A stretch of DNA of 64,000 nt from Myxococcota bacterium (GTDB lineage: Bacteria; Myxococcota_A; UBA796; UBA2385): assembly GCA_044344255.1 (NCBI GenBank), contig JBIJDH010000003.1, positions 320,001 to 384,000 on the forward strand, written 5' to 3'. The notes below the pieces were generated by a model. It was given only the letters and a program-made list of their open reading frames with translations, did no database searches and was not told where the DNA came from. Of this stretch, positions 27,596-36,419 are shown piece by piece. How positions within the stretch are numbered: the first letter of the stretch is position 1; every line of letters begins with the position of its first letter. Both the position numbers and the translations under genes were made by a program.

Positions 27596-28366
27596 TCATC
27601 CACCGGCGTCGCAGCGCCAGTCCCCGAGGGGCTGCAGCGTGACCGTCCCGGGGGCCTCGAGGAGTCGGTAGGCGACCACGCGGGCCTCGTTGAAAATGGC
27701 CGTCTCGCGGGCCTTGTCGCCGTCCAGGTCGGCGGGGGGCAACAGTCGGGCGGCCGCGCAGAAGCCCGGGAGGCTCTCGTGATCGAGGACGTTCGCCGCT
27801 GTGGCGTCGAGGATGGCGATGACGCCGGTGCAATCGCGCACCCCGCTCGCGAGCAGCACGGGTGGGCCGCCGAAGCGGCGGACCTTGATGAGGCTGCCCA
27901 TGACGAGGCCGCGCTGGCGCCCTGGGGCGGCGTCGGGGCTGGCGGGGGTGTAGGGGTCCGGCGGCGGGAGGAGGGCGTCGAGGCGCCAATTCGCGGTCTC
28001 GACGAGGGCGCTCGGGAGGGCTGGGGGTTCGGCGGGGGCCTCGGGGGCGGCGACGGCGCTCGGCGGGGCCAGGGCCGCGTGAGGGGGCGCGCCGACGGCC
28101 TCCTCGCCACAAGCGCCGCGGCCGCCGGGTGTGGTGAGGGCCACACCGCGGGGGCCGACGAGGATGGAGCCGCCGCCGGTCTTGAAGGCCTTGCCCTCCC
28201 GCCAGAAGACGGCTCCCCACCCGGGCTCAGCGGCGGGGAGCGCCGCGCCGGGTGCGTCAGCCGGGGGAAGGGGCGCCTCCGGCGTTGATCCGCAGGCCCC
28301 GAGCGCGGCGGCGAGCGCGGCGTTGCGGAGCCAGGGGCGGCGGGAGGGAGGCTTGGATGCGGTCAT
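27596..28366 (-). CDS. Hypothetical lipoprotein with one FG-GAP-like DLDGD motif
   Basis: ATG at 28366, lipobox ALGAC, ADLDGDKARE near the C-terminus. Ends 6 bp before murJ. Confidence 0.7.
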   Translation of the reverse strand: MTASKPPSRRPWLRNAALAAALGACGSTPEAPLPPADAPGAALPAAEPGWGAVFWREGKAFKTGGGSILVGPRGVALTTPGGRGACGEEAVGAPPHAALAPPSAVAAPEAPAEPPALPSALVETANWRLDALLPPPDPYTPASPDAAPGRQRGLVMGSLIKVRRFGGPPVLLASGVRDCTGVIAILDATAANVLDHESLPGFCAAARLLPPADLDGDKARETAIFNEARVVAYRLLEAPGTVTLQPLGDWRCDAGG

Positions 28367-28430
28367 GGTGGCGGAGGTTAACCGGCCAGCGGCCCCCACC
28401 GCCCCTCCGCCCCTCCGCCCAGGAGACTCG

Positions 28431-28991
28431 ATGTCCCGCCCCCCCGCTCCGCGCCGCCTCGATCCCGATCGCTCGATGCTCCTGCTGATCGACTGGCAGG
28501 AGCGCCTCTTCCCCGCCATGCCGGAGGGCCTCCGCGAGGCCACGCTCGAGCGGGTCCGCACCCTTCGGTGGCTGGCCGCAGAGCTCGGCGTGCCCACGCT
28601 CTTCACCGAGCAGTATCCCCGCGGGCTCGGTCACACCCTCCCCGCCTTGGAGCCGGTCGGGGCGGTCGAGAAGACGAGCTTCTCTGTGATGGGCGAGCCG
28701 ACCTTCGCCGCGGTCCTCGCCGCACACCCCGACCGCGACCAGCTCGTGCTCACGGGCATGGAGACCCACATCTGCGTCGCCCAGAGCGCCGCCGATCTCC
28801 TGCAGTCCGGCCGGGCGGTCACGCTGGTCGCCGACGGCGTGCTCTCGCGTCGAAAGCTCGACTGGCGGCTCGGCGTCGAGCGCGTCCGCGACGCGGGGGC
28901 CTCGATCTCCACCCAGGAGGGGGTGGCCTTCGAGTGGCTGGGCCGAGCCGGGAGCCCGGCCTTCAAGGAGCTCAGCCGGCGTATCCGCTGA
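28431..28991 (+). CDS. Isochorismatase-family cysteine hydrolase (YcaC-like)
   Basis: LLLIDWQERL, TEQYPRGLG, EKTSFS, GMETHICVAQS. AGGAG RBS. Confidence 0.92.
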   Translation: MSRPPAPRRLDPDRSMLLLIDWQERLFPAMPEGLREATLERVRTLRWLAAELGVPTLFTEQYPRGLGHTLPALEPVGAVEKTSFSVMGEPTFAAVLAAHPDRDQLVLTGMETHICVAQSAADLLQSGRAVTLVADGVLSRRKLDWRLGVERVRDAGASISTQEGVAFEWLGRAGSPAFKELSRRIR

Positions 28992-29112
28992 GGACCGCCC
29001 TCAACCTGGGGGACGATCCGCTCCGAGGGCCAGACGGAACCGGCCCGCGGTAGTCCACCGTCCTGTTCTTCAGGCGGGGTCTAGCGCGGGCCGTGGGGGC
29101 TTCGGCGTCTGA

Positions 29113-30420
29113 CTACTCGGGGCCGGGAGCGCCGCCGCAGAACTCGTTACCGCCGATCTCCGCGTTGCCGCGGATCTCCGCCTCAAGATCGTCATAGGCC
29201 TTCGTGTCTTCGCGGATCTTCAAGGTCTTGAACTTGCCAGTCAGCACGAAGCGGGAGCTGGAGTCCACGCCCTGCATGTAGATCTGGTAGTCGCCCTCGA
29301 CCTCACCGCCGGCCTCCATCTTGCTCCCGTTCTTCACGCGGACCCAGGAGTGCTGCTGCTCCACCCAACCGTCGAGGCCGTCGAAGCTGCCGGGGAAGTC
29401 GGAGACCGGGCGCCAGAGGTTGTCTTCCACCTTGTTGGTGAAGCGCCAGCTCGGATCAGCGGCGTCCCCGAGGTAAGCGCCGGCGATCTCGGTCATCTCG
29501 CGGCTCTGGAGGAGCGCGGCAGCCTGGGTGGTGGCGATGACGTCGAGGTAAGCGTCGTAGTCCACCGCGGAGTGGTCTTCGACCGCGTTGAAGTAGTCGG
29601 GCGGGATGGTGTAGCCCTCGTCGCCCCCGAACTTCGTATAGCCGACGCCAGAGATCCACTCGGCGGGGAGGTACCAGTACACGCCATCGTCCACGGGATC
29701 GGGCTGAGCGGCGCCGGCGTTGAGGTAGTAGATGGTGTAGCCGTCTTCGTCAGCGGAGTATTCGTCCTCCCAGCGCGCGTCGTCGATGTACTCGATGCGG
29801 GCCTCGCCAGACTCGTCGGTGACACACTCGATCGGCGCGTAGTCCGAGCTGATCACGAACTGAAAGCGCATGTCCTGGCCGTTGCCGAGGTCATGGTGGA
29901 CGGCGAGCTGGAGGTCGCCTTCGCCGTTCAGGGTGACCCAGCTCCGCCAGGGGTCAAGCTCGCCCTTCATGCCGTAGAAGGAGTCTTCGCCGAGCCAGGA
30001 GACGGTGGAGTCCTTGTTGTTGATCCGCTCGCACTCGGCGTCCATCTCTTCGACGAAGTCGGCGCAATAGGAGGCGAACTCGCCGTTCTCGTCTTCCGGG
30101 CAAGCGCCGCCGATCCACTTGGGATCGCTGAGGTCGTCGCCTTCCCGGGGGCCGACATAGCCGAGATCCCACTCCTGGTCGGTCTTGTTCCAGCCCTTGG
30201 CGCACTCGTAGACCGCCGCTCCCTTCAGGGCCGCGTCCAGGTCGCCGGAGACCACGGAGGGGGACGAGCCGGTGGACAGCCAAGCGAAGAAGTTGCCTTC
30301 GACCTCCGCGTCCTGCGGGTTGCAGCCGCCGAGGGCCAGCGCCATCGTGACCAGCACCATCGAGAGGGGCGCGGTCGGGACCAGGCGGGTGCCGTGCCGG
30401 GAGGGAGCGGGAGAGGCCAT
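29113..30420 (-). CDS. Hypothetical acidic lipoprotein (435 aa)
   Basis: Lipobox LGGC, strongly GC3-biased codons, rich in Asp/Glu/Tyr/Trp with several Cys. Confidence 0.8.
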   Translation of the reverse strand: MASPAPSRHGTRLVPTAPLSMVLVTMALALGGCNPQDAEVEGNFFAWLSTGSSPSVVSGDLDAALKGAAVYECAKGWNKTDQEWDLGYVGPREGDDLSDPKWIGGACPEDENGEFASYCADFVEEMDAECERINNKDSTVSWLGEDSFYGMKGELDPWRSWVTLNGEGDLQLAVHHDLGNGQDMRFQFVISSDYAPIECVTDESGEARIEYIDDARWEDEYSADEDGYTIYYLNAGAAQPDPVDDGVYWYLPAEWISGVGYTKFGGDEGYTIPPDYFNAVEDHSAVDYDAYLDVIATTQAAALLQSREMTEIAGAYLGDAADPSWRFTNKVEDNLWRPVSDFPGSFDGLDGWVEQQHSWVRVKNGSKMEAGGEVEGDYQIYMQGVDSSSRFVLTGKFKTLKIREDTKAYDDLEAEIRGNAEIGGNEFCGGAPGPE

Positions 30421-30567
30421 GGTGCGGGCTCCTGGGGTCCGCGCTCCCCGGATGGGCAGGGAGCGGGCGAGCGGATCGGGAGGTCAGGGATCGGAGAGAG
30501 TGCGAGCGTGGCCTTCGATGGACACGTTTCGATGGACAAGGGTGTATACGGCGGCCCCCTCTTTTGG

Positions 30568-31545
30568 TCAAGGACCGGCCACCGCTGTCTCCAGCGCGGC
30601 GCGCACGCCGAGGAGAGGATCCGGAAATCGCCACTGAAAGTCGAGCCCCTTCCTCAGCTTGTCTACCTTCAATCGGCTGGACGCGGTGAAGAGTCGCAGG
30701 CTGTCGGGCGTGAAGCGGGGCGAAGCGCCAAGGCCGGCTTGAATCCGCTCGTTGTTCCGGGCCGCCCAGAATTGGACGTAGCTCGGGATCCAGGTGGACC
30801 AGAAACGAAGGGGGCGACCGCCGACGACCGCGAAGACGGCGGTGTAGAAGTCACGGAGGGGCACGGGGGAAGTGTCGGCGAGGTTGAAGACGGCGCCGTC
30901 GGGCCCCGCCTCGCCCACGCGGAGGAGCCCGGCCACGGCGTCGTCTTCGTGGAGGGTGGGGACGAAGTTTCGGCCCTCGCCGGGCAGCCAGGCCCGGCCC
31001 GCACGGATGCGGTCGGCCTGGACGAAGGGGAAGCCGGCGCCGTAGACCGCGGCGAGGCGGACAATCCGCACCCGCAGGCCGTGGTCGCGGTGGGCCTCGA
31101 GCAAGGCCGCCTCTGCCGCCACCTTGCTGCGCCCATAGGCGGTGTGGGGGAGGGGAGGCATGTCCTCCTCGACCCAGAGGCCAGAGCGGTCGCCGTAGAC
31201 GGCCGCAGAGCTTGTGAAGACCAGGCCCGCCGTCGCCGCGCCGCTCGCGCGTACCGCGTTGATGAGCTGTCGGGTGCCGACGTGGTTGACCTGATCGGCG
31301 GTCTCTGCGCCAGGTCCGCGGATGGCGCCCGCGAGGTGGTAGACCCGCTCGGCGCCACGCAGACCCTCGCGGAGCGCCGGGGCGTCGTCGAGCCGGCCCG
31401 GGTGCGCGCGGCCCCCCGCGGCGCGGATCGCGGCGGCCGCTGCCTCCGATCTGGCGAGCCCCACCACCTCGTCCCCGCGTGCGACGAGGGCACGGGTGAG
31501 GCGCAGGCCGAGGCGTCCGGAGGCCCCGGTCAGGAAGACGCGCAC
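30568..31545 (-). CDS. NAD-dependent epimerase/dehydratase (extended SDR)
   Basis: TGASGRLG, HLAG, SSAAVYG, YGRSK. Confidence 0.92.
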   Translation of the reverse strand: MRVFLTGASGRLGLRLTRALVARGDEVVGLARSEAAAAAIRAAGGRAHPGRLDDAPALREGLRGAERVYHLAGAIRGPGAETADQVNHVGTRQLINAVRASGAATAGLVFTSSAAVYGDRSGLWVEEDMPPLPHTAYGRSKVAAEAALLEAHRDHGLRVRIVRLAAVYGAGFPFVQADRIRAGRAWLPGEGRNFVPTLHEDDAVAGLLRVGEAGPDGAVFNLADTSPVPLRDFYTAVFAVVGGRPLRFWSTWIPSYVQFWAARNNERIQAGLGASPRFTPDSLRLFTASSRLKVDKLRKGLDFQWRFPDPLLGVRAALETAVAGP

Positions 31546-31552
31546 CGCCGGC

Positions 31553-33877
31553 TTACCAGACGCCGGGGGTGGTGGCGCCGGTCTGGAGGAGGTTGCCGTC
31601 GGGGTCTTGGTAGATGATCTCGGGAATCCCGTCCGCGGTGGTGTCGGCCAACACCGCGGCGCCGAACACCGAACGGTTCGTGTGGAGCACGACCGGCGGG
31701 GTCAAGCTGCCTCCGGCGTTCCGCCAGGCGTAGGTGCGCCCGGTGGCGGCGTCGAGGGCGAGCACGTCGGTCTGGCCGTCTCCATCGACGTCGCCGAGGC
31801 TGAGGCGCCCTTGACCGGCGAGCGTGGTCGTGGCGCCGTCAGCGAGGAGCTGCACCTGGCTCCCCCCGGAGATCACCTCGTCTATGCCGTCCCCGTCGAG
31901 GTCCACGCTGAGCACGTTGCAGCCGGCGTCCGAGCAGCCGAAGACCTCGCCGTCCCCGTCACCGTCGGAGTCGGCGAGGCCGACCCCCTCGACGGCGCTC
32001 GAGAGGCTCCCGCTGGAGATGGCGGTGATCGACTCCGACCAGGTGCTCCACGATCCGGCGGGGGTGGAGACGACCGCCCCGGGTGAGCCGTTGTCGGCCG
32101 TGCCGCAGCCGACCAGGGTGCCGTTGACCGCCCCGCCTGCCATCTTGATCGGCCCGTAGCTGCCCCCGCCGACGCCCATCTCGAAGCGGGAGAGGGTCTG
32201 ACCGGCGCCGGTGCCGACGAGGGAGTACCAGGACTCGCCGCACTGGACGAGGCCGTAGACGTCGGCGTTGTCGCCGACGGTGACCGCGCGGCCGAGCGTG
32301 ATGTCCATCGTGCCGGAGTCATTGGGGGTGAGCAGCCACGCCACGAGCTCGGTGACGCCGCCGTTGTCGCGGTGCCCGATGATGTCGGAGTAGCCATCGC
32401 CGTTGACGTCGGCGGAGCCAATGGGACCCTGGCTCACCACCGAATAGCTGATGTTGGCGAAGGAGTCTGGGCTCCAGTCGATCCCGTCGAGGGAGCCCTG
32501 GTAGAGCAGCAGGGCGTCGGTGACCACGCCGACATCGTCGACCGCGTCCCCGGTGAAGTCTCCGGCGGCGACCGGCCCGTACTCGAGGTCGTTGATGCTG
32601 GTGCGGGTGAACTGCTCGCCGTCCCAGATGACGAGCTGGAGCACACCGTCTTCCTGGAGGGCCAGGATGTCTACCGTGCTGTCGCCGTTGATGTCGGCCA
32701 TCGCGGGGTAGAAGGGGTCAAAGGCGAGCGGGTAGTGGGTGGTGACGTCATCGGTGACGTAGAAGACCCAGTCCTGGGCCCCGGCCTCGGGGATGCCGAC
32801 CACGGAGGTCTCGTTGCTGCCGTTTCCGTCGAGATCGGCGTCGGGCAGCAGGCGGGAGCCCTCCGGGGCGGAGTAGGCCGAGAGCTCGAAGGTGGCGGCG
32901 CCGGCCCAGCCCTCCGGGGAGAGCGTGTAGCGGCGGATGAAGCCGTTGGCGGCGTCGATCACCGCGATGTCGGGACGCCCATCGGAGGCGTCATCCGAAG
33001 CGGAGAGGCTGAAGATCTCGTGATTCAGCTCGAGCGGGGCCTCGGAGGTGAAGCCCCAGGAGCCGTCGCCGAGCAGGACCTCGACGGTGGCCTGGAGGTC
33101 ACCGCTGGCGCCCACGGCGATGTCGGTGAGGCGGTCGCCGTCCAGATCGCGGGCCGCGACGCCGACGACCTCGGCGCCGTTGCTCTCCCAGCCCGCGCCC
33201 CAGGCGTAGCCGCCCCCCGCTTGACCGCGGAGGCCGACGACGTCCGTGCCGCCCCAGACGACGAGGTCGAGCAGACCGTCGGCGTCGACGTGCGCGCCGA
33301 CCATCCCCGTGATGTCGAAGGGGAGGTCGAGCACGGAGTGGGCGGGGACTCCCGGACCGCTGGGCACCCACCAGACCGTGTTGGCCACCGCGACGGCGAC
33401 GCCGCCCGTGCCGGCCGTGGTGAAGGTGGGCTCCGACTCGAAGGTGGGGAGCATGTTGCCGCGGTTGATCCCGAAGGCCGGGAAGGGCGCGCCGACGACC
33501 TGCCCGATCGCGCCCCCGCCCACCGAGGCGTCATCGGACGAGGCCACGGCGGTGACGGTGAAGGTCTCGGGGGCTGCTGTGGTGACGTCGATGAAGCCGT
33601 AGCCGGTGCCTGAGACGGAGACGGTGGCCTCACCCAGCGTGGCGGTGGGACCATCGACCGACAGCGTGATCGTGCCGCCGGGGATCGCGGCGCCGAGCTC
33701 GTTGACGAGGCGCACGGGCACGCGGAGCGGGCTCCCCCCGACCGCGCCCACGACCTGGACGCTCACGGCGGTGCCGGCGTCGAGCTCGGTGAGCACCCGG
33801 GCGGCCTCGAGGTCCTCGGCGGAACAGGCGGCCAGCAGCGCCAGCACGGCGAGGGCAGATGCGCGGGTGGAGGTCAT
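31553..33877 (-). CDS. FG-GAP/VCBS repeat lipoprotein
   Basis: LAAC lipobox and repeated D(L/I/V/F)(D/N)GDGxxD motifs. Confidence 0.88.
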   Translation of the reverse strand: MTSTRASALAVLALLAACSAEDLEAARVLTELDAGTAVSVQVVGAVGGSPLRVPVRLVNELGAAIPGGTITLSVDGPTATLGEATVSVSGTGYGFIDVTTAAPETFTVTAVASSDDASVGGGAIGQVVGAPFPAFGINRGNMLPTFESEPTFTTAGTGGVAVAVANTVWWVPSGPGVPAHSVLDLPFDITGMVGAHVDADGLLDLVVWGGTDVVGLRGQAGGGYAWGAGWESNGAEVVGVAARDLDGDRLTDIAVGASGDLQATVEVLLGDGSWGFTSEAPLELNHEIFSLSASDDASDGRPDIAVIDAANGFIRRYTLSPEGWAGAATFELSAYSAPEGSRLLPDADLDGNGSNETSVVGIPEAGAQDWVFYVTDDVTTHYPLAFDPFYPAMADINGDSTVDILALQEDGVLQLVIWDGEQFTRTSINDLEYGPVAAGDFTGDAVDDVGVVTDALLLYQGSLDGIDWSPDSFANISYSVVSQGPIGSADVNGDGYSDIIGHRDNGGVTELVAWLLTPNDSGTMDITLGRAVTVGDNADVYGLVQCGESWYSLVGTGAGQTLSRFEMGVGGGSYGPIKMAGGAVNGTLVGCGTADNGSPGAVVSTPAGSWSTWSESITAISSGSLSSAVEGVGLADSDGDGDGEVFGCSDAGCNVLSVDLDGDGIDEVISGGSQVQLLADGATTTLAGQGRLSLGDVDGDGQTDVLALDAATGRTYAWRNAGGSLTPPVVLHTNRSVFGAAVLADTTADGIPEIIYQDPDGNLLQTGATTPGVW

Positions 33878-35554
33878 TCAGTCTCCCGATTTGTCGAACG
33901 AAACAACGCCGGGCAGTCTATCGCGCCGACGGCGGCGGCGGAACGGCGCCAGGAAGATGAGGGGCAGCAGGAGCAGGCGCGAGCGGCAGCCGAGCTCGCC
34001 GGGCGGCCCGGGTGGCGGGAGGCGGGCCCGGCCCGCGCCGAGGTCAGGGTCGGCCTCGTCCCACAGGGGGTCGGCGTCGGCGATCGCGGTCTGCTTCAGG
34101 CGCTTCACCGCGGCCGACGCGCCGCCCTCCGGATCGGCCTGGAGGAGCAGGGCGAGAGCGCCGACCACGGCGGGGGTGGACGCCGAGGTGCCGTAGAAGC
34201 CCGTGGGGCCGTAGACGGAGCTCGACACGCCGTCCGGCCCTGCGATGTCGGGCTTGGTGAGGCCGCTTCCGGTCGGGCCGCGCGAGGAGAAGGACTCCGC
34301 CCCGTTCGTCGCGTAGCCGACCGCACGGACCGCTCCGACGGTGAACACGGCGGGGTGGGTCCCGGGATCGGTGACCGAGCCCGCCGCCACCGGCCCGTAG
34401 ACCTCACCGTCGCGGGCCATGACGTCGTAGGTGAGGTCGTCGCTGCCGGACTTCCGGTAGATCTGAAGGTAGTACCATCCCTCTTCCGCGGCGGGTATCG
34501 TGACTCGCTCGAGGGGGAAGCAGCCCGGATCGCCGGCCACCTGATCGTCGGTGGACCGATCGAGGAGCTCTCCCGCCTGGTTGTAGGCGAAGAGATCGAG
34601 GTCGGTCTGCCCGCAGCGGCTCAGGTTGTCCCAGAGCACGTTGACCTTGGCGCTTCCTCCCTTGTTTAGGTAGATCGGGAGATACTCGGAACCCCAGGGG
34701 AGGTCGGCGCGGCCGTCGAAGTCGCGGTCTTCGAAGCGGCCGCGGTAATGCTCGGTGGCGTAGTTCCCGGCGCTCGAGACCATCTGGACGCCGCCGGCCA
34801 TCAGCGTGTCCATGGCCTCGTTGATGGCGCCGGTGCCGTCGTAGAAGCTCTCGTTGAAGAAGGAGAGCGACATGCTGACGAGGTCGATCTCGTTGCGCAC
34901 CGCCCAGTCCACCGCGTTCTCGAGGGTGGTCAGGCCGTTGACCCGCACGAGGTGGAGCTCGACGCCGGGGGCGATGTCGCGGATGAGCTGCGCGCAGGCG
35001 ACGCCGTGGCTGCCCGACTCGAAGCTGAAGCGGGGGTGCAGCGAGTCCATCGGGACGTCGCAGGAGCGGTGCGCGTAGCAGTCGTGGGTCTCGTAGTCGC
35101 CCAGCTCGGCGGCGTGGGAGGCGAGCTCGGCCTCGTGCCACTGGACGTCGAAGACGGCGACCTTGACGCCGCTCCCGTCGTAGCCCGCCGCGTGCCAGGG
35201 CTCGACGCCGAGGGCGTCGATGGCCTCCCAGGCGGTGATGGGGCCCGGCGACGAGACGTCGGCCTCGGCGGAGTCGCCTGCGGGCGCGCGATCGAGCTGG
35301 GGGATCGAGGCCGGGCGCCAGGGGGTGGCGGGGTCATCCGGCGGGGCGGCGAGGAGGCTGCCATGGCGGCTCGTGGTCAGCGCGCCCGGGTAGTCGGGGA
35401 CATCGACGCGGACGAGCGCGGCGGGGTCGAGGCCGCTGATGTCGAGCGCGGCGGCCTCGTCGACGGGCGCCGCCCAGGAGACGGGCTCGGGGGGCGGGGC
35501 GGTGGGGCCGGGCAAGGGGACCTCTCGGGGACATCCTACCGTGTCAAGGCGCAC
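33878..35554 (-). CDS. S8 subtilase with a PPC-like insert and a C-terminal membrane anchor
   Basis: Catalytic triad VAVFD, SHGVACA, GTSASTP; SAGN oxyanion motif; KPDIAGPDG; C-terminal GC-RSR-LLLLPLIFLAPF-RRRRRR. Start uncertain. Confidence 0.9.
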   Translation of the reverse strand: MRLDTVGCPREVPLPGPTAPPPEPVSWAAPVDEAAALDISGLDPAALVRVDVPDYPGALTTSRHGSLLAAPPDDPATPWRPASIPQLDRAPAGDSAEADVSSPGPITAWEAIDALGVEPWHAAGYDGSGVKVAVFDVQWHEAELASHAAELGDYETHDCYAHRSCDVPMDSLHPRFSFESGSHGVACAQLIRDIAPGVELHLVRVNGLTTLENAVDWAVRNEIDLVSMSLSFFNESFYDGTGAINEAMDTLMAGGVQMVSSAGNYATEHYRGRFEDRDFDGRADLPWGSEYLPIYLNKGGSAKVNVLWDNLSRCGQTDLDLFAYNQAGELLDRSTDDQVAGDPGCFPLERVTIPAAEEGWYYLQIYRKSGSDDLTYDVMARDGEVYGPVAAGSVTDPGTHPAVFTVGAVRAVGYATNGAESFSSRGPTGSGLTKPDIAGPDGVSSSVYGPTGFYGTSASTPAVVGALALLLQADPEGGASAAVKRLKQTAIADADPLWDEADPDLGAGRARLPPPGPPGELGCRSRLLLLPLIFLAPFRRRRRRDRLPGVVSFDKSGD

Positions 35555-35660
35555 GAGACCGGTCGGGGCCCCGGCGCGCCGGACGGTCCTTGCCGGGAGG
35601 GGCCTCCCGGGTCAGGGGGCGGTGTCTCGCCCGGAGAACGCGGGCGACGCCGAGGTGACG

Positions 35661-36395
35661 ATGGCCCTGCTCTCTTGCACTGCGTGGACCGCCTCGGCGC
35701 GGGGCCGCTGCGGGATCCTCTGCGGGCTCTTCTTGGCCGCCCTCTCCGGCTGCGTCAGCATGGGCAGCTACCAGCGCGCGGAGACCCTCGGGAAGGGCGG
35801 GCTGGAGACGGCCCTCGAGCCGGCTTACCTCCGGGTGCCGGGCTCGGATGACGGGCACGTCACCGGCAACGCCGCGCTCCGGGCCGGGGTCGCCGAGCGG
35901 GTGGACGTGGGCCTCCGAGCTGGGTCCACCGGGGTGACCGCCACCACCAAGGTGATGCTCACCGCTCCTGATGGTGACGGCCTCATCGTCGCGGTGGCCC
36001 CCGCGGCCGGCGGGAACACGGTGGCGGCGGAGGGCGATCGGGAGACCTCGATCAACGCGCGCCTCCCCGTGCTGCTCGGTCTGCCGCTCGGCCGCCACGA
36101 GCTCGTGCTGGTGCCGACCCTGGGCTTCGACCACGGCACGTACCACGACGAGTCGGAGGCCCTGGATCTCCGCATCTCCGCCCTCGGCGTAGGCGGCGCG
36201 CTCGGCTTCGTCACGCAGCTCCGGCCCGACATCGCCCTCGTGCCAGAGCTCTCGCTCTACACGCCGCTCAAGGCCTGGGGCGACTTCCAGGCGGGGGGCG
36301 CCTCCGCCGAGGTGATCGACGACGGCGGCTTCGCCTGGCAGGCGGGCCTGGGCGTCATCCTCGGCGGCCCGAAGGCGAAGCCGACCGGCAAGTGA
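35661..36395 (+). CDS. Lipoprotein with a probable outer-membrane beta-barrel
   Basis: LSGC lipobox, then SYQRAETLGKG and amphipathic strands ending WQAGLGVILG. Confidence 0.7.
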   Translation: MALLSCTAWTASARGRCGILCGLFLAALSGCVSMGSYQRAETLGKGGLETALEPAYLRVPGSDDGHVTGNAALRAGVAERVDVGLRAGSTGVTATTKVMLTAPDGDGLIVAVAPAAGGNTVAAEGDRETSINARLPVLLGLPLGRHELVLVPTLGFDHGTYHDESEALDLRISALGVGGALGFVTQLRPDIALVPELSLYTPLKAWGDFQAGGASAEVIDDGGFAWQAGLGVILGGPKAKPTGK

Positions 36396-36419
36396 CCCCG
36401 CTCGGGGGGGCCTCGCCGC

